From an uncultured Rhodospirillales bacterium (GTDB lineage Bacteria; Pseudomonadota; Alphaproteobacteria; Acetobacterales; Acetobacteraceae): a DNA stretch of 64,000 nucleotides. The stretch is from contig CAIPHQ010000167.1 of NCBI GenBank assembly GCA_903864895.1, positions 277-64,276 of the forward strand, given 5' to 3'. Shown piece by piece: positions 1 to 9,174 of the stretch. Position 1 is the stretch's first letter. Each line of letters starts with the position of its first letter. The translations under genes were made by a program, and so were the position numbers. Below the pieces are notes generated by a model. It ran no database searches, was not told where the DNA came from, and was given only the letters and a program-made list of their open reading frames with translations.

Positions 1-545
1 ACCATGGAATCAGCGTACTTGGTCTTGGAGATCGATTTGTGCTCGAACTCCGGCGCGGGCTGATGCACCTTCGTGAAGTTCAGGCTGATGAAGAACGGGT
101 TCTTCGACTTCGCCGCCGTATCCAGGAACTCCAGCCCCGCCTGCTCGATGTATTTGTCGATGAACGGAATGCCGGCCACGCCCTTTTCGGGTGTATCGAC
201 GTATTGGCCGTTGACCTTGAATTCCTCGTGCGGCGCTTCCCCGGCCTTGCCGGACAGCATGACCTTGGTGACCTTGTCGAACATCGCCCGCGTGGCTGCA
301 CTCATCGACGGAAACCACGTCGGGTCGCCATAGGTATAGGCGTTCAGATGGTACAGGCCGACCTGCTTCATCACGTCGTAGCCCTGCGCATTCGGCAGCG
401 CGTAGCCGGCTTCACCCAGATGCCACTTTCCGGTGAAATACGTGCCTTAGCCACCAAGTTTCAGCACCGACGCCAGTGTCCATTCCGCCGCCGGCAGCCC
501 GCCGCCCTGGCCCTGGAACGCCACCGCTCGGCGGTTGCTAGTTCT
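1..545 (-). pseudogene. arylsulfatase-family remnant (5'-truncated, internal TAA; 3' part continues beyond window start)
   Basis: Minus-strand frame reads ..LPAAEWTLASVLKLGG*GTYFTGKWHLGEAGYALPNAQGYD...NPFFISLNFTKVHQP... The GKWHLG block and the F-x-x-H-x-P block are sulfatase hallmarks. The TAA at 447-449 sits where sulfatases carry Tyr (..GY.T..GKWHLG). The frame is closed upstream by TGA at 546-548, so the signal peptide and the C-x-P-x-R formylglycine motif are missing. Confidence 0.55.
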
Positions 546-900
546 TCATTTTCCACTTGCCGTCCGGCGCGAGACACCACGTGGTGTCCAGCGGTGTTGG
601 CGGGGTTTGCCCGCTGGCCACAATTTCGTGATGCACGCCGTGGCAGGACAGGCCCTGTGACTGGAACAGGCTGGTGATGGCGGCCGATCCATAGCTGCCG
701 GTCTTCGGGTTGGACCAGTCATCGGAATCGCCGACTTTCAGGCCCGCTGTGCCGTTGAGTTTGGCAACACCGGCCAGCAGCAAATCCACATCGTCACCGG
801 CCAGGCGTGTGCCGTTGCGTGTGTTCCAGCCAAGGCTGAACTGCGCCGAGGCCGGGGCGGCCAGCACGACAGTCAGCATCAGCGCAATTATCGTCTTCAT
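538..900 (-). CDS. small secreted surface-antigen-like protein (COG4520 / RT0821-Lpp0805-like)
   Basis: 120 aa from ATG at 900. N-terminal signal peptide MKTIIALMLTVVLAAPASA. C-terminal pattern W-x-NP-x-TG-x-x-G ... C ... C-x-x-PDG-x-W. The rest of the listed 272-aa ORF is an Arg-rich spurious upstream extension. Confidence 0.6.
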   Translation of the reverse strand: MKTIIALMLTVVLAAPASAQFSLGWNTRNGTRLAGDDVDLLLAGVAKLNGTAGLKVGDSDDWSNPKTGSYGSAAITSLFQSQGLSCHGVHHEIVASGQTPPTPLDTTWCLAPDGKWKMKN

Positions 901-974
901 GCGAAAATTCCATCCGCAGCGTGCAAGGCACAGCATGGGGGCGAATGCCCCATCCAGCAACCGCGGTGGCCCGC

Positions 975-1985
975 CTAGTCGACGATATCGATCCGCGCCC
1001 AGCTTGTGTCCGGGTTGAAGCTGTGGATGGCGGCCGCGTGTTTGCCGGTGTCTTCGCCCAGATCCTTCTGGAACACCACACCGTCCTTGTCGGCGATGAA
1101 GGTGTAGATGCCGGAGTTGTTGTACTCGGCAGGCCACGCAATGAAGGCGAAGCCGCCGGTCATCTTGCCGTCCTGCACATACGGCTTGGCCCCGCCCGGC
1201 GCGTAGGCGCCCTGCTTCAGCAGCAGGCGGAACAGATAGCCGTGATAGGCCGCCTGCGTGCCCTTGGCGGTAACGGCACCGGGATAGCCATCCTCGCGCG
1301 CCTGATCGATCAGCGGGGCCAGCGGGCTTTGCGGCTCGCCTTCGGCGGCGTCCCAATACAGCCCGTCCTGCATTCCGGGCGTGCTGGCCACGCGCTGGGC
1401 ATAGGCCCCGGTGCCGGTGCCAGCCTGCACCCGCTCAAAATAGTCCTGTTGGGCAGCCACGGCGGCCAGCAGCGTGCGGATGGTCAGCAACTCGTTGCGG
1501 CCAATGCGCCGGTCAACGATTTCCTGGGCGGCGGCGGCGGTGTCGAAGAACCAGCCTGCGCCGTCCTTGACGATGGGAATCGGCAGCGGCCACGCATTGG
1601 GGCCGATGCTGAGCACCATTTTGCCGTCACCTTCGGCGGCCAGCGTGTGCGCGGCGGCGTAGCTTTCCAGAAATTTCGCGCGCTGGGCGGCATCGGCCAC
1701 CTTGTCGCCCGAGGAGATCACTTTTTCGCTGCCTGCGCCGAGCACGGCATGCATCGCCACCGGGTCGCCGGATTGCAGCACCCGATTCAGGGCTTCTGCC
1801 GCTGCCTCGGCAGTGGCGAAATGCTGTTGCGGGGGCGGCGGCGTGGCATGGCCGGGCAGCGGCACCGCTGCGGCAAATGCCAATGCCAGCAGTCCCGCCG
1901 CGGCACGGCGCAGGCGGCGGCACGGATCAATCGACTCGATCATGAAGCGCTTCCCCATGCTGCCTGCTACAAGCCGGTCCGCCAT
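975..1985 (-). CDS. DUF2950 family secreted protein
   Basis: 336-aa ORF with hydrophobic leader ..LLALAFAAAVPLPGHA. Blocks GPNAWPLPIPIVK, AYHGYLFRLL and GGFAFIAWPAEYNNSGIYTFI match my recollection of DUF2950. The ATG at 1985 directly abuts the stop of the upstream gene (TAAATG). Confidence 0.75.
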   Translation of the reverse strand: MADRLVAGSMGKRFMIESIDPCRRLRRAAAGLLALAFAAAVPLPGHATPPPPQQHFATAEAAAEALNRVLQSGDPVAMHAVLGAGSEKVISSGDKVADAAQRAKFLESYAAAHTLAAEGDGKMVLSIGPNAWPLPIPIVKDGAGWFFDTAAAAQEIVDRRIGRNELLTIRTLLAAVAAQQDYFERVQAGTGTGAYAQRVASTPGMQDGLYWDAAEGEPQSPLAPLIDQAREDGYPGAVTAKGTQAAYHGYLFRLLLKQGAYAPGGAKPYVQDGKMTGGFAFIAWPAEYNNSGIYTFIADKDGVVFQKDLGEDTGKHAAAIHSFNPDTSWARIDIVD

Positions 1986-3485
1986 TTACCTTGCCCGCCC
2001 GCCCTGCTGGGGCATCCGCCCGCCGCCACCGCCGGACTGGCGCGGCCCCTCGGCGGCCCGGCTTTGCGCGCCACGGTTGCCGTACTGGCCCGCAGCCTTG
2101 CCGTCGCCCATGCCCGACAGCGCCCCGGTTTGCGGGCGCGCGCGCTGCGCCGGTTGCTGCGACGGTTGCTGCGACGGGCGGTTGGCACCGCCAGCATTCC
2201 CGCCGGATGGCCGGTTCGCTCCGGCGTTGCCGTTCCCCGGGTTGATCGCCGGCCGGTTGGCGCCCGCGTTGCCGTTGCCGGGGTTTATGGCCGGGCGGTT
2301 GGCGCCCGCGTTGCCGTTGCCCGGGTTGATGGCCGGGCGGTTGGCTCCGGCATTGCCATTGCCGGGGGTGCCCGGCGCGCGGTTGCCGCCGCCATTGCCG
2401 GGGTTGATCGGCGGGCGGTTGGCACCGTTGCCCGGCCCGGCATTGGACGGCGGCCGCACCACGTTGCCGGGCACCGATACGCCCGGCCGCCCGACGCTGT
2501 TCGGCGGCAACCCGCCCGGACCGCCCGGACGCCCCACCGGCCCGCCATTGGGCGGGCGGTAGCCGCCGCCGCCCGCAGGCGGGCGCGGCTGCCAGTTGCC
2601 ATTGTTGATCGGCGGGCGGTTGACGTTGATCTGGTTGTAGCGATTGACGTTGACGTTGACGTTGCCGCGGCCCCAGTTCGGGCTGCCCCAGCCCCACAGG
2701 CTCGACGTGATGGCAATACCCGCGCCGAACGCCATGCCGGTCAACAGCGCGCTGCCGAACGCGTAGCCCGGCGGCGGCGGCCAATAGACCGGCGGATAGG
2801 ACGGGTACGGCCACGAGCCATACACCACCGCCGGGTTATACATCGGCACATACAGCACCGAAGGCTGCGCCGGGGCGATGATGATGGTCTGGCCTTCGCT
2901 GCGGACCACCTGTTGCTCTGTGGTTTTCAGCTGGCCCTGAATCTGCGCCTGCCGGCGAAGGCGCTGCACGGACTCCAGCACCGCGCTCTGCTGCACCTGC
3001 ATCGCATAGCCAACCTGCTGCATCCAGTCGAGCTGGCTGTTCATCATCGTCAGCGCCTGCGGAAACGGCACCAGCGCCTTGACGGCCGGGTCCCACGGTT
3101 TCGGCGTCAGCGCGTTGACCAGCTTGTCCCCGGTCAACCCCTTGTTGGCCGGATCTTCCACCCAGCGCGCCGCCTCGACGATTTCCAGCGGGTAGGAGCA
3201 TGCCATCAGCACATGCGTCAGCAATTCATCCGGATACAGCGCGATGGGCGCCATCAGCGCGTCCAGCTGTTCCAGACTGTAGCCGGCCGGTGCCGCTGCG
3301 TCCGACGTGGCGGCAACGGTCGTCTGCGCGTACAGCGGCGCAGGGACATTGGCGAAAAGGACGCTGGCAGTGGCCAGCACAGAGGTCAGCAGACGGAACC
3401 GCCTATGCCCGGATCGCAATTCGACCTCCCTGTTCAGGCCCGCACCGCCCGTGACGGCGGCAGCGCGCTGACGCATCTTGGGCAT
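1986..3485 (-). CDS. DUF3300 domain protein with Gly/Pro/Asn-rich repetitive C-terminus
   Basis: Block LDALMAPIALYPDELLTHVLMACSYPLEIVEAARW is typical of DUF3300. Hydrophobic N-terminal segment LLTSVLATASVLFANVPAPLYA. Start placed at ATG 3485 (MPKMRQR), although the ORF is open to 3569. The C-terminal ~200 aa are low-complexity. Confidence 0.75.
   Translation of the reverse strand: MPKMRQRAAAVTGGAGLNREVELRSGHRRFRLLTSVLATASVLFANVPAPLYAQTTVAATSDAAAPAGYSLEQLDALMAPIALYPDELLTHVLMACSYPLEIVEAARWVEDPANKGLTGDKLVNALTPKPWDPAVKALVPFPQALTMMNSQLDWMQQVGYAMQVQQSAVLESVQRLRRQAQIQGQLKTTEQQVVRSEGQTIIIAPAQPSVLYVPMYNPAVVYGSWPYPSYPPVYWPPPPGYAFGSALLTGMAFGAGIAITSSLWGWGSPNWGRGNVNVNVNRYNQINVNRPPINNGNWQPRPPAGGGGYRPPNGGPVGRPGGPGGLPPNSVGRPGVSVPGNVVRPPSNAGPGNGANRPPINPGNGGGNRAPGTPGNGNAGANRPAINPGNGNAGANRPAINPGNGNAGANRPAINPGNGNAGANRPSGGNAGGANRPSQQPSQQPAQRARPQTGALSGMGDGKAAGQYGNRGAQSRAAEGPRQSGGGGGRMPQQGGRAR
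2209..2412 (-). repeat. 42-bp in-frame tandem repeat (about 4 good copies plus degenerate copies) inside the DUF3300 gene
   Basis: Units at 2209-2250, 2251-2292, 2293-2334 and 2335-2376 are near-identical (ggccggttggcgcccgcgttgccgttgccgggttgatggcc-type) and encode NPGNGNAGANRPAI x4. Further degenerate copies extend to about 2412. Confidence 0.85.
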
Positions 3486-3574
3486 GTTGTAGGATTGTCG
3501 TCCGGCGTTGTGCAAGCGGCGCGAAACGTGCTCGACACGCGCCGGCGCGTCCCGCATGTTCGCCGCCACGCCCC

Positions 3575-5929
3575 GTGCGGGCGCGGATTCCGGCCCGAGG
3601 CAGCACCACCATAATGACCTTTTCGTTCTGGCGGATGATGCCGTGCCGCAGCATCGGATGGCTGATGCTCTGCATGGTCTTGGCGTGCCGGCTGGCGGTT
3701 GCTGCAGCCGCCGGTGAACCCGCAGGCTTCACCGGCAGCGCCGCCTGCGCCGGATGCCATGCCGGACAGGCTGCGCTGTGGCAGGCGTCGCACCATGCCC
3801 TCGCCATGCAACCGGCCACGCCCGAAACGGTGCTGGGCGACTTCGGCGATGCCAGCCTGACCAATGGCAGAGTGACCACCCTGTTTCATCGCGATGGCGG
3901 CCGCTTCATGGTCCGCACTGACGGGCCGGATGGCACGCTGCACGATTTTCCGGTGGCCTACACATTCGGCGTGTTCCCGTTGCAGCAATACCTGATCGCG
4001 CTGCCCGGCGGCCGCTATCAGGCGCTGGGCCTCGCATGGGATACTCGCGCCAAGGAATCCGGGGGGCAGCGCTGGTATCCGCTCTATCCGGGCCAGAGCA
4101 TTGCCGCAGGCGACCCGCTGCACTGGACCGGGCGTGACCAGAACTGGAATTTCATGTGCGCCGGCTGCCATTCGACCGGCGTGCAGAAGAATTATGACGC
4201 CGCCAGCGCCACCTATGCCACCAGCTTTGCCGAAGTGGATGTGGGTTGCGAAGCCTGCCACGGCCCCGGTTCACGCCACATCGCGTGGGCGCAAAATCCC
4301 GGCCAGATGCCGGAGGATTTGCACAAGGGCATCACCGCGTGGCTGGACAAGGCCGAACTTGGCACCTGGGTGATGAACCCGGACACCGGCATTGCCCGGC
4401 GCAGCGAGAAACCGGCGTCGGCCACAGAACTGAACGCCTGCGCCGGGTGCCATGCCCGCGCGTCTCAGATTGCCCCCACATTCGATGCCGCCACGCCGTT
4501 TCTGGACGCGCACCTGCCGGTGCTGCTGGAGCCGGGGATGTATCACCCCGACGGGCAGATCGACGGTGAGGTGTTCGAATACGGCTCCTTCCTGCAAAGC
4601 CGGATGCACGCGGCGGGCGTGACCTGCGCCAATTGCCATGAGCCGCATGGGCAGACACTGCGCGCCGAGGGCAATGCGCTGTGCGCGCAGTGCCACATGC
4701 CGGCGAAATTCGACGTGCCCGCGCATCACCACCACCCGGAGGGCAGCGCCGGCGCGCAATGCGCCAACTGCCACATGGCCACCAAGACCTACATGGGCGT
4801 GGATGCGCGGCGCGACCACAGCATCCGGGTGCCGCGCCCGGATCTGTCGGTCAAGCTCGGCACGCCGAATGCCTGCACGCAGTGCCACACCGGCAAGCCT
4901 GCCGAGTGGGCGGCAGGCGTGGTGGCCGGATGGTTCCCGGGCGGGCGGCAGACGCAGCCGCATTATGGTCTGGCGCTGGCCGCCGGGCGGGCCGGGCGGC
5001 CGGGGGCAGAGCGGGCGCTGGATGCGCTGCTGGCCAACCCGGACGCACCGGGCATCGCACGCGGCAGCGCCGCCCTGCTGCTGCGCAATCTGGGCACCGC
5101 TGCCTCACTGCCCGCTTGGCGGGCGGCGCTGGCCGATGCCGACCCCTTGGTCCGTATCGGCGCGGTGCGGGCGCTGCCGCCGTCGCCGCCTGCGGAGTTG
5201 CTGACGGCCGCGCTGCCGTTGCTGTCCGACCCCACGCGCGCCGTGCGCATCGAAACCGCGCGCGCGCTGGCCGGGGCCGATCTGCAAGCCGTCACCGCCG
5301 CCCAGCGCGCGGCCCTTGCCGCCGCCACCGCCGAACTTGTGGCCGCCGAGAATGTTGCTGCCGACCGGCCCGAATCACATCTGAATCTGGCCCTGCTGGC
5401 CGTCCGCCAGCAGCAACCGGCGGCAGCGGAGGCGGAATATCGCGCGGCCCTGCGCATCGACCCCAACTTCGTGCCCGCGCTGGTCAATCTGGCCGATCTC
5501 GACCGGATGCGCGGGCAGGACGCCGACGGGGTGGCACTGCTGCGCAAGGCGATTGCGCTGGAGCCGGGCAATGCCGAGGCGCATCACGCGCTCGGCCTGC
5601 TGCTGGTGCGCCAGCACGATTACGCGGTGGCGGTGCCGGAACTGCGCCGCGCCAGCGAACTCGCACCGGACAACGCGCATTTCGCCTACACCTACGCGAT
5701 TGCGCTGAATTCCACCGGCGCCCCCGCCGAGGCGATGGCGCGCCTGAAACGGGCGCACGCGGCGTTTCCCGCCAATGTCGAAATCCTGTCCGCGCTGCTG
5801 GCCTTCGCACGGCAGGCCAAGGATTACTCGGCCGCACTGGGCTACGCCCGCGCCTTGCAGCAACTGTTCCCCGCCGAGGTGCAACTGGCGCTGCTGATCC
5901 GCAGCCTGGAGCAGCAACAGCCGCGTTAG
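3575..5929 (+). CDS. octahaem c-type cytochrome fused to C-terminal TPR-like repeats
   Basis: Eight CxxCH motifs (CAGCH x3, CEACH, CANCH x2, CAQCH, CTQCH) in the first ~430 aa. The C-terminal ~300 aa are Ala/Leu-rich TPR-like (..AEAEYRAALRIDPNFVPALVNLADL.., ..GNAEAHHALGLLLVRQHDY..). GTG at 3575; ATGs at 3614/3635 just before the hydrophobic leader are alternative starts. Confidence 0.8.
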   Translation: MRARIPARGSTTIMTFSFWRMMPCRSIGWLMLCMVLACRLAVAAAAGEPAGFTGSAACAGCHAGQAALWQASHHALAMQPATPETVLGDFGDASLTNGRVTTLFHRDGGRFMVRTDGPDGTLHDFPVAYTFGVFPLQQYLIALPGGRYQALGLAWDTRAKESGGQRWYPLYPGQSIAAGDPLHWTGRDQNWNFMCAGCHSTGVQKNYDAASATYATSFAEVDVGCEACHGPGSRHIAWAQNPGQMPEDLHKGITAWLDKAELGTWVMNPDTGIARRSEKPASATELNACAGCHARASQIAPTFDAATPFLDAHLPVLLEPGMYHPDGQIDGEVFEYGSFLQSRMHAAGVTCANCHEPHGQTLRAEGNALCAQCHMPAKFDVPAHHHHPEGSAGAQCANCHMATKTYMGVDARRDHSIRVPRPDLSVKLGTPNACTQCHTGKPAEWAAGVVAGWFPGGRQTQPHYGLALAAGRAGRPGAERALDALLANPDAPGIARGSAALLLRNLGTAASLPAWRAALADADPLVRIGAVRALPPSPPAELLTAALPLLSDPTRAVRIETARALAGADLQAVTAAQRAALAAATAELVAAENVAADRPESHLNLALLAVRQQQPAAAEAEYRAALRIDPNFVPALVNLADLDRMRGQDADGVALLRKAIALEPGNAEAHHALGLLLVRQHDYAVAVPELRRASELAPDNAHFAYTYAIALNSTGAPAEAMARLKRAHAAFPANVEILSALLAFARQAKDYSAALGYARALQQLFPAEVQLALLIRSLEQQQPR

Positions 5930-6792
5930 GGTGGCTGCGGCGCGGGATAGTTCTCCAGCACATGTTCCAGCGACACCGGCTTGACCACGATCAGTCCGCG
6001 CGCGGGCCGGTCGAGATCGACGATCAGCAGAATCAGGCCGCCGAGCGTGACCGACATCAGCGCGATCGACACGATCCGCTTGCCGCCCGAGGTGCCGACC
6101 AGATAGCCGGTGAACCCCATCGCCACCATGGCCACCCCGATCAGAGCCCCCATGACCACGCGCGGCACATGATACAGCAGCGCGCTCAGTCGGCGCTCGT
6201 GGATATTGTTGATTTCGTTCAATGACGCCACGAAGCGATAGGCTGGCAGCGATTGTGGCGCCGCCGCCGTGACGTCCACGGCATGCTGCCACAGCCGGTT
6301 CTGCAGATCGAGCGAACGGGCAATATCGCGCTGAAACTTGTCCGGGTCGAAGGGAACTCCCAACCCGGCGCGCACTTCGGTGTATTCGTGCAGCAGATCC
6401 AGAATGGGTTTCTGGGCCGGGCGTGGCAGCATCAGCGCGAAATTGGCCGTGCTGCTGATGGCGTTGGCTTCCTCCACCACCCAGTTGCGCCGCGCTTCGT
6501 AGCGCGACAGCGCCAGTGAGAAGGTGAACGCCAGCAGCAGACCCACCAGACCGAGCGTGGCCCCGGACAATGTGCTGGTATCGCTGCGCCCGGCTTCGCT
6601 GCGCTGCGCCCACTCGCCGAACCGGTCGCCGACAAACGCCGCCGCCACGATAAACACGACAATGGCCCCGTAGGCCAGCAGCGGATGAAACTGCTCAAAC
6701 AAATCCACGACCACGTTTGTCCCCGCCGGCTCTGCTGGCAGACAGGTTGCACCAATCGCCGGGCCGCTGGAAGGCGGCTGAGTCCTGCGCAT
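5926..6792 (-). CDS. DUF4239-like membrane protein
   Basis: 288 aa from ATG 6792 (an alternative GTG near 6714). Two N-terminal and two C-terminal hydrophobic helices flank a soluble region (..SRYEARRNWVVEEANAISST..), as in DUF4239. The upstream 295 aa of the listed 583-aa ORF overlap the opposite-strand OMP gene and look spurious. Confidence 0.55.
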   Translation of the reverse strand: MRRTQPPSSGPAIGATCLPAEPAGTNVVVDLFEQFHPLLAYGAIVVFIVAAAFVGDRFGEWAQRSEAGRSDTSTLSGATLGLVGLLLAFTFSLALSRYEARRNWVVEEANAISSTANFALMLPRPAQKPILDLLHEYTEVRAGLGVPFDPDKFQRDIARSLDLQNRLWQHAVDVTAAAPQSLPAYRFVASLNEINNIHERRLSALLYHVPRVVMGALIGVAMVAMGFTGYLVGTSGGKRIVSIALMSVTLGGLILLIVDLDRPARGLIVVKPVSLEHVLENYPAPQPP

Positions 6793-6864
6793 ACATGCAT
6801 TGAACCGGTGGCGCAGGCGGCGGGATTGGCGCAGATTTGCTGCCACGCAGACGGAGGGGGCGAG

Positions 6865-7725
6865 ATGGTAAAGACTTCGATCGTTGCTTTGATCGCGCTG
6901 GGCAGTATCAGCCTGACGCATGTCGCGGCGGCCCAGTCCCCCGCAGATGCACCGGCTGTCCGGCTGGCAGACTCCAATGACGCCGCTGCCGACGAGACGG
7001 CGCTGGCCAAGAAGCTGCAAAACCCGGTCGGGGACCTGTATACGTTTCCGTTTCAAAGCAATACCAACTTCAATACCGGCCCCAATAACGGCACGCAGGA
7101 AATTCTGAACATCCAGCCTGTGGTCCCGATTCACGTGAACGCCGACTGGAACATCATCACCCGCACCATCCTGCCGCTGATCTGGCAGCCGTCGATGGCG
7201 CCGGGCCACACGGTGCCGTTCGGCACGGGGGCCACCACGTTCACGGCATTCCTGTCGCCCAGCCAGCCCACCAACGGGCTGCTCTGGGGCGTGGGCCCCG
7301 TTGTGCAGGTGCCCACCACCAGTGACCCGAGCCTTGGGTCCAATGTCTGGGGCGCGGGCGCCTCGGGGGTGCTGGTCTATATGAAAGGGCCGTGGGTGGC
7401 CGGCGCGCTGGCCAACAATGTGTGGTCGATGGGCGGCACCACCGGTCGCGGCGGCACGCGCTACAACACGTTTCTGGTGCAGCCGTTCGTCAATTATAAC
7501 ATTCCCGGCGGCTGGTACGTCGGCAGTTCGCCGGTGATCACGGCCAACTGGTACGCTGCCGGTAACAATGCCTGGACGCTGCCGGTTGGCGCGCAGGTGG
7601 GAAAAGTTCTGAAAGTGGGCGGTGTGCTGCCGGTGAACCTGCTGCTGGGCACCTACTACAACGCACTGCGCCCGCAATACGGCGCGGACTGGCAGTTGCG
7701 CACGCAGGCCACGATTATCTTTTAG
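6865..7725 (+). CDS. putative outer-membrane beta-barrel protein
   Basis: ATG 6865 preceded by GGAGGGGG. Signal peptide MVKTSIVALIALGSISLTHVAAA. Alternating aromatic/Gly beta-strand pattern. C-terminal ..WQLRTQATIIF with terminal Phe, typical of OMPs. Confidence 0.65.
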   Translation: MVKTSIVALIALGSISLTHVAAAQSPADAPAVRLADSNDAAADETALAKKLQNPVGDLYTFPFQSNTNFNTGPNNGTQEILNIQPVVPIHVNADWNIITRTILPLIWQPSMAPGHTVPFGTGATTFTAFLSPSQPTNGLLWGVGPVVQVPTTSDPSLGSNVWGAGASGVLVYMKGPWVAGALANNVWSMGGTTGRGGTRYNTFLVQPFVNYNIPGGWYVGSSPVITANWYAAGNNAWTLPVGAQVGKVLKVGGVLPVNLLLGTYYNALRPQYGADWQLRTQATIIF

Positions 7726-7772
7726 GCCGGGATTTGCCGGCGACGCCGGGCCAGATGGGAAAGGAACGCAGA

Positions 7773-9170
7773 ATGGCCCGTGCCAAGCCGGTCACCGCGG
7801 TTGCTGCGGCACCAAAATACCGCTCTGCGGACGAACGCCGGGCGCTGGGCAAGGCGCTGCGCACGGCGGTGCCGCGCGCGTCACAAGCCGGGTGGAAGCC
7901 GCCCGAAGGACGCTTCGACCCGGTGGATCTGCTGGTCCGTTCCAGCGAGGGGCGGATGCCGGAACTCATCCCGATCCGCTACGGCCGCATGGCGCAGTCG
8001 CCGTTCGCGTTCTTTCGCGGCAATGCGCTGCTGATGGCCGCCGATCTGGCCGCCACGCCGCGCAGCGGGCTGGTGGCGCAGATCTGCGGTGACGCCCATC
8101 TGAGCAATTTCGGCGGCTTCGCGACGCCCGAACGCAATGTGATTTTCGACATCAACGACTTCGATGAAACCCTGCCCGGTCCCTGGGAATGGGACATCAA
8201 GCGTCTGGCGGCCAGCATCGTGATCGCCGCGCGGCATTTGCGTTTCAGCGAAAGCGACGCGGCGCGTGCGGCCGCCAATGCGGTACTGAGCTATCGCGAG
8301 CGGATGGCCGACTATGCCGGCATGCGGATGCTCGAAGTGTGGTACGACCGGCTGGATGCCGCGCGTGCGTTGAAGGAGTTCCGCAGCGAGGAACATCGTG
8401 CAGCGCTGGAGAAGCGCATCGAGCAGGCCGCGCACAAGAGCGCGCCGGACTACCTGTTTCCGAAACTCGTCCAGCATGTCGGTGACCTGCCGAAGATCAA
8501 GGACGAACCGCCGCTGATCTTTCACGCGCCGCGCGATTATGTTCCGGGGGAACGCGACGGCTATCGCACCGCGTTGCAAACCTATCGCGGGTCGCTGCCC
8601 GAACATGTGCGCGCGCTGTTCGACCGGTTCCATTTGCAGGATCTGGCATTGAAAGTGGTGGGTGTGGGCAGTGTGGGTACACGCTGCGCGGTGGCGCTGC
8701 TGATGGCAGCCGACAACGACCCGATCTTTCTGCAGGTCAAGGAAGCGCGGCCCTCGGTGCTGGCACCGTATGCGGGTGCCAGCCTGCACCATAACAACGG
8801 GGAGCGGGTGGTGGCCGGGCAGCGCCTGATGCAGGCGGCCAGCGACATGTTTCTGGGCTGGACACGCGGCGATGACGGCAACGACTATTATGTCCGCCAA
8901 CTGCGCGACCTGAAGATCAGCCCGGTCATCGAAGATCTCGATGTCAGCTCACTGCGGTCACACGCAAGGCTGTGCGCGTGGTCACTGGCGCGCGCCCATG
9001 CCCGTTCGGGCGATGCGGCGATGATCGCCGGGTATCTGGGGTCCACGCCGGTGTTCGACGATGCGGTGTGCGAGTTCGCGGTGGAGTATGCCGACCAGAA
9101 CCAGAAGGATTACCGCGCCTTCCTGAAAGCGATCCGCGAAGGCCGCATCAGCATCATCAGCGACGCCTGA
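7773..9170 (+). CDS. DUF2252 domain protein
   Basis: Blocks RYGRMAQSPFAFFRG, CGDAHLSNFGGFATPERNVIFDINDFDET and PWEWDIKRLAAS match DUF2252. ATG 7773 has AAGGAA 6 nt upstream; the ORF is open from TTG 7734. Confidence 0.75.
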   Translation: MARAKPVTAVAAAPKYRSADERRALGKALRTAVPRASQAGWKPPEGRFDPVDLLVRSSEGRMPELIPIRYGRMAQSPFAFFRGNALLMAADLAATPRSGLVAQICGDAHLSNFGGFATPERNVIFDINDFDETLPGPWEWDIKRLAASIVIAARHLRFSESDAARAAANAVLSYRERMADYAGMRMLEVWYDRLDAARALKEFRSEEHRAALEKRIEQAAHKSAPDYLFPKLVQHVGDLPKIKDEPPLIFHAPRDYVPGERDGYRTALQTYRGSLPEHVRALFDRFHLQDLALKVVGVGSVGTRCAVALLMAADNDPIFLQVKEARPSVLAPYAGASLHHNNGERVVAGQRLMQAASDMFLGWTRGDDGNDYYVRQLRDLKISPVIEDLDVSSLRSHARLCAWSLARAHARSGDAAMIAGYLGSTPVFDDAVCEFAVEYADQNQKDYRAFLKAIREGRISIISDA

Positions 9171-9174
9171 GCCG

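Noticed and set aside
2209-2412. Regular 42-bp repeats considered as a possible CRISPR array
   Set aside because: The units are contiguous with no spacers, stay in frame within a DUF3300 gene and encode a peptide repeat. No cas genes are present.
921-3614. 897-aa plus-strand ORF, the longest in the track for this region
   Set aside because: It lies antisense to the DUF2950 and DUF3300 genes, which have clear domain signatures. Its translation is an Arg/Ala/Gly/Pro-rich low-complexity string, typical of shadow ORFs in about 70% GC DNA.
5926-7677. 583-aa minus-strand ORF suggesting a much larger protein
   Set aside because: Only the C-terminal 288 aa (from ATG 6792) look like a real membrane protein. 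The upstream part overlaps the well-supported plus-strand OMP gene and is compositionally spurious.
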